NCBI GenBank assembly: GCA_963765855.1
Contig: CAVXYQ010000003.1
Location: 361,177 to 425,176, forward strand
Direction of reading: 5' to 3'
Source: an uncultured Alphaproteobacteria bacterium
GTDB lineage: Bacteria; Pseudomonadota; Alphaproteobacteria; Rhizobiales; Xanthobacteraceae
DNA: 64,000 nucleotides
This document shows positions 50,381 to 64,000 of the stretch, piece after piece (the first letter of the stretch is position 1; every line of letters starts with the position of its first letter). A model generated the notes under the pieces. The model was not told where the DNA came from, ran no database searches, and saw nothing but the letters and a program-made list of their open reading frames with translations. The position numbers and the translations under genes are program-made.

Positions 50381-51051
50381 CTAATTTTTCTTTAAAGAGG
50401 AGGTACCGACCCCGCTAAAAGACCTTACGGACTGGTAGACGACGGCTGCAAGATGGCATCGGTGGCCAAACCCAGGCCAGTCAGGGCCGAGCCGGTCAGC
50501 ATAAAGGTAAGCCAGCCGGCGTTTGTGGTTGTTGTTATCGACGCTGGCGCCAGACGGCAAGGTGCTAAGGCCGTTTGGAAGGACAGACGCCGTTCCCGCG
50601 CTAATTCGGGTGAACAAACCGCCTTTTCGTCAAAAACGTTGAGCGAGCCCGACAGGCCGCAATTTCAACGCGCCCTCATTGATTCTCACAATGGCTTGAG
50701 AAGACGGCTTACCCTGACGTATATCGTACCCGTCAGCATGAACAGAGTAGCCCGTAAGGTTATCAACCTTGGTCGCTCCCTGGTTCAGCGTAAAATGGTC
50801 TCGAAAGATAGTACCAGCGGAGTCAACTCCCAGTACGAGAGCCGCCCCGCTCATCAGATACACTTTACTAGAGGCCTTATCGGTCCGTATGCGCGAACCA
50901 TCGAACAAATTGGCGTTGCCTTCAACTTCGGAACTGTTAAGCATAAATGTTCCGACGGCCGATGCTACGCCGATAGCCGGTGACGCAGCAATCACGTATG
51001 AAATCGTAACTGCCGCAACCACGAGGAGCTTGGGAATTTATTTAGCGTCAT
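50381..51051 (-). CDS. Secreted beta-rich hypothetical protein, frameshifted
   Basis: Signal-like start then SPAIGVASAVGTF..EGNANLFDG; continues across frames. Confidence 0.5.
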
Positions 51052-51140
51052 TATCGGAATCGCTAGGTAGTCGGCCTTTCAGGGTTACAACTTTCCGATT
51101 ATATCGAAATCGATTATGATGATCAAACAGAAGAATTGCG

Positions 51141-52545
51141 ATGAACTATTACGAGGAACTCGGAATAAGATCTGATGCGGACGAAGAGGAAATCCGCAAG
51201 GCGCATCGACGGCTGGTAAAACTCATGCATCCCGACCAACATCGGGACGCGGGTTTGAAGCAGCTTGCCGAAACACAGATGCGCCGCTTGAACTCCATCG
51301 TCGCAACCTTGCTCGACCCTGAAGAGCGGCGCGAGTACGATGAACAACTGCGCGGTGGCGAACCGTCGAACCGGCGCCGCACCAGAGTACATGGCGTTCG
51401 GTGCCGTGGTGGATTGCGAGCACTTTAGGGGCAATTGTACTGACGGTCGGTACTGTTTAGTTTTTTGCAGATCGCATGGGCTCGACGCGCACCCCCCCAA
51501 GAAACCCACCGCCGGACGTCGCAAATATCGCGCCGAACTACACCACAAGCACCGTGACAGTACCGGTACCGGTGCCAGCACAGACACCCTCGGTGAAACC
51601 ACCGGATGAAGTCACCACAGTTCCGGTGCCAACGCCTCAGCAAGTGCCGAATACGACGAAGTCTGAAGAAAAGAAACCAGAACCGGCAAAGCCTGAACCG
51701 CCGAAACCGGAGCCACCAAAGCCTGCACCAGTGGTTAAGACTCCAGAACTGGCCAAGGCAACCAAACCGCCGGAACCAGTGATCAGACCGTTACCACCGC
51801 CGGTTGTTAAGGAAACCGTTAAGAAGCTAGCTGTGGCACCGGCAGAAGCCGCCGGTCATAGCAACGCCAAGGCAGACGTCTGCGCAGCTAAAGCCGCCCG
51901 TGGCCACACATCAGCCACCTCCGTATAAAGCACCGGTGACCACTCCACCGTCGCCGCCTACTACGGTTGCCGTTGCCCCCAGAGAGGAGAAAGGTCCGAT
52001 CGTCTCGACACCTCCCCCGACACCTCCCGTGCCAACCCAGCCTAAGGAACCCGTAGTCATAGCGACCGCAAACCCACCCGCGACCGCTGTTGGATCGTCG
52101 CCCGCTAGGGAGACGTCCCCGCCGGATATTCCCAAAGCTACTTCTACGCCCACACCCGCTGTGGCAACGAATTACCGCAATAACCACGATCCGTTAGAAG
52201 GAGAATGGGTGTACGCGCCCACAGAGCCCGAAAAAACGGAAACCTGGATTCTTTCCGCCGCAGTTCATCCAGCTCAAGCTGGTGAAGGACCCGAACGGGA
52301 TGCATGGAGAATACAGCGCCCATTATCTAGTGGACAAGCCGGTATCGCCAGACGTGAATTTCGTAGTCAAAGCGACCGACCCAACGGCCATGAAATACAT
52401 TTGGACTGCCCCCAATGGGGCACATGGCTGGTTGATGATCGTTGATCTGGAAACGGATATGATGCGGCTTGAATGGAAGGATACCGGCAAGCACAACGGC
52501 CAGCAGCTTACATCAGGACAAGCGACTTTGGTTCGGAAAAACTAG
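51141..52545 (+). CDS. J-domain (DnaJ-like) protein with Pro-rich linker and C-terminal beta domain, frameshifted
   Basis: MNYYEELGI..EIRKAHRRLVKLMHPD..RREYD; PKPEPPKP linker; ends LTSGQATLVRKN*. Confidence 0.72.
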
Positions 52546-52567
52546 CTCGTTTCCTTTTAGACAAATC

Positions 52568-52608
52568 AAAAAGAGGGCGCGTCGAGACCAGACGCACCCT
52601 CTTTTTTT
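52568..52608. terminator. Bidirectional intrinsic terminator
   Basis: AAAAAGAGGGCGCGTC..GACGCACCCTCTTTTTTT between convergent genes. Confidence 0.8.
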
Positions 52609-52653
52609 GCGCTCAGCGAAGCTACTTTGGGACTAGCGAACCGTCGCCGACGT

Positions 52654-53112
52654 CTATTTAATCGCAACGTTGTGCGCGGTAGCGGCGGCGAAGATCCCTG
52701 CCTCGGCGAAATTGCTCGCAGCGAAGGCGAGGTGCCAATCGCGGTGTTTACGGAATAAAATCTGCGGCACCAAGACGCCCGAGGCTATCCCGGCTTTGAT
52801 GGCAACGCCTTTGGCGCCAAAGGTTCCATCTGCGGAAGCCAGAAGGCTGTTGCTTTCCCGCTTATGCCACGAACTGTAGGCATCCGCGGCTGTTCCTGCC
52901 GTCATCGCGGCGATACTGGCGATCCAAATCCGACGCATATGCTGTTCGTGCGGCGTTTCGACAACATTAGCAATTGTCACTTTTGAACTCGGCGCAGGGC
53001 TCGTGAACATACTCTGAGCGTGAATTGCACTGGCTGAACAGAGGAGCGCAACGGCGAGGCCAACTAGCCTAGAAGCTTTCATAATCATTCTCCGGATCGC
53101 AACAGCGATCAC
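52654..53112 (-). CDS. Hypothetical secreted/membrane protein
   Basis: Signal peptide; TAADAYSSW..ESNSLL..FGAKGVAIKAG amphipathic helices. Confidence 0.62.
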   Translation of the reverse strand: MIAVAIRRMIMKASRLVGLAVALLCSASAIHAQSMFTSPAPSSKVTIANVVETPHEQHMRRIWIASIAAMTAGTAADAYSSWHKRESNSLLASADGTFGAKGVAIKAGIASGVLVPQILFRKHRDWHLAFAASNFAEAGIFAAATAHNVAIK

Positions 53113-53161
53113 AGGAATAATCGGCGGAATTGGCCTGCTTCTTTAGAAAAGAGTCAGTCGA

Positions 53162-54200
53162 TTAGCGTTTGTCGCTTATGAAGGCAGGTGAAGTCTTGGG
53201 GGAAGCCAATTCGGCTTGAGCCAGCAGAACATCCGCATCGACCATCATGTGGACAAGCTGCTGGAACGAAGTCTTGGGCTTCCAGCCGAATGTTTCGGGC
53301 TTTAGAGGGATCGCCAAGAAGGTAATCGACTTCGGTGGGGCGGAAATATTGGGGGTCGATTTCAACATACTGTTCCCAATCGAATTGCAGATATTGAAGG
53401 CAATATTTAGGAATTCGCGGACGGAATAGGCTTCGCCCGTGGCGACGACGAAATCGCCGGGTTCTTGCTGCTGCAGCATCATCCACATGGCTTCAACGTA
53501 ATCGCCGGCGAAACCCCAGTCGCGGCGCGCATCGAGATTACCCAGATAAAGCTTCTTCTGTAGGCCAGCTTTGATGCGGCCGAGGGCGCGTGTGATCTTG
53601 CGGGTGACGAAGGTTTCGCCCCGGCGCGGGGATTCGTGATTAAAGAGTATCCCGTTACAAATAAACAGGTTATAAGCTTCGCGATAATTGAAGGCCCACC
53701 AATGGGCGGCGACTTTGGCGACCGCGTATGGGCTGCGCGGGATAAAAGGGCGTCGCTTCGCTCTGCGGGGGCTTGGCGGCACCGAACATTTCGGAAGAAC
53801 CGGCTTGATAGAACCGGACCTGGCGAGTGGAATGGGCCATGTAATCGCGGATGGAATCGAGGAGACGGAGGGTGCCGACAGCGACGGAATCGGCAGTATA
53901 TTCGGGGTTTTCGAAAGACACCTTGACGTGGGACTGGGCGCCGAGATTGTAGACTTCATCGGGCTCGGCAATTTCGAGGATGCGGCGGAGGCCAGTGGCG
54001 TCGGTGAGATCGCCGTAGTGGAGGTTGAGGCGGCGGCCGGCGAGATGGGGGTCCTGATAGATGTGGTCGATGCGGGCGGTATTGAAGCTCGACGAACGGC
54101 GAATAATGCCGTGAACCGTATAGTCCTTGGCCAACAGAAATTCGGCCAAATACGAGCCGTCTTGTCCGGTAACTCCAGTGATAAGGGCGGATTTTTTCAT
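53162..54200 (-). CDS. gmd: GDP-mannose 4,6-dehydratase, frameshifted
   Basis: [71 protein letters not shown]. Confidence 0.96.
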
Positions 54201-54288
54201 AGTTTTGAGGCCTTCAGCCACGGATTAACGCGATATATCAAGATTAACAAACGCGGCACGTTGGCAGCTGATTAGGTATCGTACAGAT

Positions 54289-54603
54289 ATGCGGATCACG
54301 GTCTCACACAATAAATCGAAAGAGCAGATCGTTAAGGCTGTCGACCGTTCTTTTGACGACCTTTTCAAGGGTTCGCCCTTGATACCTATCCAGGTCGCAA
54401 ATGAAAAGCGCGAATGGCAGGGGAGCACTCTGGTCTTTTCCTTCAACGCCACGATGGGCCTGTTGAGCGCGCCGATCAAGGGCACAGTGGCCGTGAGCGA
54501 TCACGATGTGACGATTGACGCCGACTTGGGCTTGCTTGAAAAGCTGTTAGGCGGTGGGATGACAAAAACACTTGAAACCCGCGTGAAGGGTCTTCTCACC
54601 TAA
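54289..54603 (+). CDS. Polyhydroxyalkanoic acid system family protein
   Basis: ITVSHNKSKEQ..WQGSTLVFS..IKGTVAV..VTIDADL pattern. Confidence 0.68.
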   Translation: MRITVSHNKSKEQIVKAVDRSFDDLFKGSPLIPIQVANEKREWQGSTLVFSFNATMGLLSAPIKGTVAVSDHDVTIDADLGLLEKLLGGGMTKTLETRVKGLLT

Positions 54604-54635
54604 AGCGTGCCTTAGGAGTTGCCGATATTCCGTTA

Positions 54636-58827
<4,192 letters not shown>

Positions 58828-58828
58828 A

Positions 58829-59863
58829 TCAAGCGCGCCCGAGCAGCTTTTTCAAATAGCCGAGACTCGCATCCAGCGCCTCGCGCTCTCGCCTTGGGCT
58901 CATCTCCTTTTTCCCATGGCTCCTCTTGATAAGGCTTCCCGCGCTCCGCGATTTCCAGAAATCTCTCAAATTCCCATGCGGGAGTTTTGCGGAAGCAATC
59001 CCAGAATTTCGCTTCTTTAAAAGGCAATGTTCGTGGACCAAAATGATCGATTCTAAAGAAAGGCGCGGCCCTGGACAAAGCTCGATATATTTCTTCACAT
59101 AGCTTCGATGTCTACATTGCCCCGCCCCATCTCTACCCAAGTCACCGACGCACCTTGCGGAACGTCCACACCGCGCTATCGCTTAATGGCTGGTCAAGAC
59201 ATAAGGATGCAAACTTCTAAGGTCAGGTGCGGATCTTCGATGGTCCACAAAGGATTGCCAGAATCCAGACAAACTCCAACAAAGTCTCTGCCGACCGTTT
59301 CAATCAACATTTTCAGCTCCCGGGCCTGCATGTCACCCGCGTGGTTCTCGATTGCAATCTTAATGTTCTTGTCGATTGCTTTCGACCGAACATTCTTCAA
59401 AACCTTAGCGGTATCGTCAATGCGAGCTTCAATGGGACCAGGTTTAATACGGTCTTCGCCACTGCCCAAGACGCAGCGCACAATCTTAGAACCCACGATA
59501 TCGGCCGAATCGATCATCCGCCCTAATTGCTCTTCCGCAGTACCTTCTTTCGGTCTCGAACATTCTGGAAGTGGGGCAGATCGATCTCATGCCGATCTCT
59601 ATTTCGAGCCCAAGTTCGCTGGCTTGGGCGCGCACTTTGCGCAAATGATCGGGTTCCAAGGTTACCGATAAAGCGGATCTCGGAAAAATGCACGACCTGC
59701 ACTTTGCGGGCGGCGCAGTAATCGAGAGCCTCAAGGGGCGTCCATTTTGAGCCCGCAGGCTAAATAGATCGATGCCTATTTTCGCGTTTTCGTATTTATG
59801 AATATCGCCATAGCAGCCTGCCGGTATAGCTGCTCCTATTGCCAGGAATTCGCGTCTCTTCAT
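58829..59863 (-). CDS. Sugar phosphate isomerase/epimerase (AP endonuclease 2 TIM barrel), Tat-like signal, frameshifted
   Basis: MKRREFL signal; KIAIENHAGD, GVCLDSGN, MGRGNVDI. Confidence 0.8.
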
Positions 59864-59943
59864 CTCGTCAGCATCGTATCAGGGTGATTAGATCGCTCGC
59901 CTCTGTCGGAAGGTCTCTTATAAATTGAATCTCTGGGGGAAAC

Positions 59944-60303
59944 ATGGCGACAGAGACACATACTGGCAGACTAAATTTCGGATGACTGTCAAGTTGCGAT
60001 GGACGACGGCACGGTTCTTGGCCGTGTTCGAAAGTCCGACATCCTTGCGCCACGGCTGTTGCGCAGCTATCGCGAAATGGGGAGAAACACAGCCGGTGAC
60101 AGTAACTGGGACGTCGGGCACGGTTGATAATGCTCCGGTGCTTGTTCGTGACCAGCATTCAATGGGCAGTGAGCCTGCGGATTAGTCCACGGCCAGTGCG
60201 TGCCGCTGGCGCCTGCACCTACACCGAGTGCTCGACGCCCGCAGCGGCACCGCCGCCGCCACAACAAAGTAAGAAGTCGGCGAGGAGCCGTTCGAAAAAG
60301 TGA
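59944..60303 (+). CDS. Possible small hypothetical protein, frameshifted
   Basis: GGGGA RBS and ATG 59944; fragments in several frames; TGA overlaps the GTG at 60300. Confidence 0.3.
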
Positions 60304-62719
60304 GACAGTCATTGCGAATCCCAGTCGTTTTACTGCTTGTGCAACAATCGTTTCGGAGTCAGGCGCAAACGCCCACACCGGTGGAGGAGCCACCCGCTCA
60401 GGCACAAAAGCTTTTGCAATATGCGGCACAACTGGAAGAAGATGCCAAGCGCGCGCGATCGGCGGGCCAGCAACATGCGCTCGCCGGCCACCAAGATATG
60501 TCTGCCGAGCAGCTGATCAATCAGCGGACGAGCACCCACAACGGCATCTACGTCGATCAGCCGAAGGTATATGACGATTCGCTGCTCCAGCAAATGCTGG
60601 CGTCGGCACAAAGCCACTTGGCGGCGCTGCAAGGCTTCGATCAAGGGAGCTTGACCAGAGCCATCGGAGGGGTGACGGGAGCGAATCAGCAGATTGCAAG
60701 TTTTGGTATTTCGGGAGGCATGCAGCCACCAGTTCAGCAAACGTCTTTTGGGGCAATATACGTCGCCTTTTCCGGCGCCAAGCGCGGCAGCACCGGGACC
60801 ACCACAACTCTGCCCAGCTCGCTGCACCTTCGGCGTCCGACATTCTGGATGAGCAAGTGCAGCTCACGTCCGAGATCGCAAACTTGCGGCTGCTGCTCGA
60901 AGGCTCGCTGTCCGATCAGATCATGGTCGGGCCGATGAAACGTTCGCCAAGCCGCGCGTGACGCTGGGCTTTCCTCGTGATCATTTCGCCAGAGAAGCGC
61001 TATAAGAATGCGGTGGCGATTGTGGAAGTACTGGTGGAAACGAAAAGCCAGAACGACGCCAGCCGGAATGGAGAACCGCCTTCGATCACGGCTCTGCTGC
61101 CGCAGGAGAAAACTTATAACGTAGCGGCGATCTCGGACAGAAGCGCGTCCTCGGCGCCGGCTTCGCCACGGCGATGGCCGGTGCGGCTGCGCAGCTTCTT
61201 TGGGGCCACAAACAGTACTTCATCGTGAAAGATCAAGACACGCTGGCTGATGCAATTCGAACCACGGATCCGGAACTGCGCTGATCGCTGCCAGATCGCA
61301 AGCCGATCGACAAGCAGCGGTTACGCGCCTTCGCCTGGCAGTTTCGTCCCGTGCTGGGACGTCAATTATGTGCAGGCCGGTGTCGCGGCAAGTATTCGTG
61401 CAACTGGCGTTTCCCGGGCCGCGGTCGCTCGGCGTGAAATCGTTCGGTACCGTGCGCATCCGAACTTACTGGCGCAAAATCGACCGCAAAACCGGTGTGC
61501 TGCGACGGGATCGTGCGGGGTTCGCTGGCACGAGGCGACAACGGCGAGCCCGATCTTGAACTACGACATGCACCAGAAATGGGGCGCCGTGGCTAGCTTC
61601 AATCCCACTGACTATGGAAGACCTAGGCGGTCGGGCAAGATGCTGATCAAACTCGAAGGGCGTTTGCTGCCCGGCACCTATTTGCGTGTAGGGTTCGAAC
61701 ATCATTCAACCCGGCGCAGGCGTGTGCCGTCCGATTCAAAACCACGCGCTTCTGTGGCTAACATTGCCGACCTTGCCACGCTCGAGACGTTCATCATCTC
61801 GCGCGACGGAACAGAAATATCCGCTCAAGAATCAAGCCGGGTGCGATAAACAATTCAGGGTGGATCAGGCGCACGTAAGAGTCACGCCAGCTTGACGATG
61901 CCACGGTCGCTGCTTGAGAGTGCCCATCACCAACTTCATTGCATCGCAAGACATCCCTCCGGTGTTGCTAATCGGCGGAAAAGTTTATCGGTTACTCCGA
62001 CGCGCCCATCGATCGCAAATGCAATCCCGCCGCCGGAACTTGCGTGCTTTCGGTCGCACTGCCCAAGGCGCTGTTGATCGTCGAGTCCCACTGATCTCGG
62101 TAAAGGCGCTGATGCTCGACGAAGATGGTCTGCAAACTCCGCTCGGCGGCCAACCGCACGTTCACGCTATTCCCGCAGAGCCATGTGCCCGAACAAGCTG
62201 GTCCTCCTCGGTCACGATCAAACCACCGCAACCTATCTGGTGTACGGCCATGACCTCAACCAAACGAAAATCATCTGGCCTGCGCGCAATGCCGATCCCG
62301 CCTGCCCACCCAACCAGCTGTGCCTGCAGCCCATCAGCACCGACGCCAGACGATGGATCGTTGAAGCTCGCTGAAGGTGCCCCTCGATATGGTCAAAGAG
62401 CCGGAACGGTCTCGTCATTCGCAAAGGCCGAGCCTGCAGTGACCATGCCTGCGGTGCCTGCTCTGCCGTATCCGGCACACCCTCGTCCGCAGCGCCGCGA
62501 CCGAAGAAAGTACCGGTCCCAAGTTCAAAGAGCGAATCGTGGTGGGCGCGGATGAGGGTACCATCGTAGGCCAAAAGCTCGATCGGTCATTACTGCCGTT
62601 ACGTTTGCGGTAAACCGCTCACCATCGCCAGCCGAGACGCCACGGCTCTTAAAATCAGCGGTTTAGCCGCGACCGGTGCTTCGGCGGTCGCGAAGACCCA
62701 GGACATTGTCACTTTTTAA
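60300..62719 (+). CDS. Large secreted hypothetical protein, many frameshifts; end approximate
   Basis: Signal-like start; IYVDQPKVYDDSLLQQML, PPSITALLPQEKTYNVAAI, LIKLEGRLLPGTY fragments in shifting frames. Confidence 0.5.
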
Positions 62720-62887
62720 CGCGGCTGGTAACCAGCAAGATCCCATTAGAAGTAGTCTCCGGCAGGGTAGAGATGTAATCCAATAAGTATCAGCGCGTGT
62801 TAACATGACAAAGTGCCTGGAACTTGCGGCAAATAAAGGCCCATGTTGTCAACAGGCCTTGATCGGGTCGCAAGTTTGCGGCTGCGC

Positions 62888-63551
62888 GTGCTTCAAATTC
62901 TTCCATCTATTTTCGCCGCTGATCTCTCACGTCTGGGTGAAGAAGTTCGCCGTGTAGAAGCTGCCGGCATCCAAATGCTCCACGTGGATATCATGGACGG
63001 GCACTTTGTTCCAAATTTTACGTTTGGTACGCCGATTACTGAATCCTTAAAGCGTTCTACTAACGTCAAACTTGATCATCATCTTATGATCGAAGATCCG
63101 GACACCTACGCGCCTGTCTTCATTAAAGCTGGGGCGGATTGCGTGAGCGTTCACTATGAAGCTTGCCGCAATCTGGACCGGACGTTGCATATGATTCAGG
63201 AGCATGGCGCAAAAGCGGGGGTCGTGGTGAATCCGGCCACTCCGATAGGATTGCTGGAAAACGTGCTGGACATAGTCGATTACGTGCTGGTGATGAGCGT
63301 GAACCCGGGGTACGGCGGACAGAAACTGATTCCGAATACATTAAATAAGGTCCGCGAACTTGGCGCGCATGCGCGCTGAGCGGAACCTGGGGTTTGCCAT
63401 CGAAATCGATGGCGGGGTAGGACCAGAGAATATTGCGCAAATAGCCAGAGCGGGCGTAGATTGGGCAGTGGTGGGGACTTCGGTCTTTCACGCACCCGAT
63501 CCGGCGCAGGCGATTCGCGATATGCTCAAAACCGCCGAAGAGGCGTCGTAG
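62888..63551 (+). CDS. rpe: Ribulose-phosphate 3-epimerase, +1 frameshift near 63362
   Basis: ILPSIFAAD, LHVDIMDGHFVPNFTFG, DHHLM, LVMSVNPGYGGQ, IEIDGGV, VVGTSVF. Confidence 0.96.
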
Positions 63552-63569
63552 TAAAGGTATAGCTCTCAT

Positions 63570-64000
63570 ATGCTTTCATCTATTTCCATGCCGAATCGCG
63601 CAACGCTCGCGGTTTTCGCCATCGCGCTCTCTTCACCTCTTGTATTCACAAGAAGTACGAAACGCCCATTGCCAAGAACACCCAGCAGCCCGACAAAATC
63701 CTGTTTGATTCCGCTATGCACGATATTGAACACGGCCGCTACGAAGTAGCCCGTATTTCGCTGCAAACGCTGATGAATACTTACGAATCGAGCGAGTATC
63801 TGGCCAAGGCCAAACTGGCGATTGCCGATAGCTGGTTCCGCGAAGGCGGCTCTAACGGCTCGGCCAAGCCGAAGCCGAGTACAAAGATTCCAGCTGTTCT
63901 ATCCGCAAATGGAAGAATCGGCCCAGGCGCAAAAGCGCATTTGCGACATCCACTACAAGCAGATGGATAAGAGCGACCGAGACATGATTCAGACACTGCG
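63570..64000 (+). CDS. bamD: Outer membrane assembly factor BamD (YfiO), frameshifted, 3' partial
   Basis: QQPDKILFD, GRYEVARISLQTLMNTY..SEYLAKAKLAIADSWFREGG, AEAEYKD; follows rpe, as I recall for Acidobacteria. Confidence 0.8.

Noticed and set aside
51660-52150. PKPEPPKP and Pro/Thr-rich repeats
   Set aside because: Ordinary low-complexity protein linker, not a DNA repeat element.

Overview
The window has three parts. (1) Positions 1-40830 are very GC-rich core chromosome of a Bradyrhizobiaceae-like alphaproteobacterium. They hold ubiH, Trm112/LON-N/ybbN, tRNA-Gly, an accessory general-stress-response islet, purH with a ZTP riboswitch, rsmB, acs, topoisomerase IB, gpsA/tsaD, hemD/COG4223/hemY and tRNA-Thr. 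(2) Positions 40831-48024 are an approximately 7.2 kb integrated element at tRNA-Thr(CGT) that looks like a phage satellite (PICI-like). It carries alpA, DUF3102, a translationally coupled run of about 8 small unknown genes, an SF3/D5-like helicase, an iteron-flanked AT-rich origin, a TerS-like ORF, a serine resolvase and a membrane cargo gene. Two of the small genes are a scaffold-C-terminus-like mini-protein and a beta-rich fibre-like protein. No capsid, portal or integrase gene is visible. (3) At 48024/48025 the sequence switches abruptly, in mid-gene, to lower-GC, heavily frameshifted Acidobacteria-like DNA. It holds a DUF1549/DUF1553 cytochrome, a J-domain protein, gmd, a hybrid kinase, a GH35-like galactosidase, rpe and bamD. 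The junction is most likely a chimeric read, misassembly or concatenation. Single-base indels become much more frequent from left to right, so most frameshifts are probably sequencing errors. The best candidate for an undescribed system is the satellite-like element. Family calls come from motif recognition by eye; no database searches were run.
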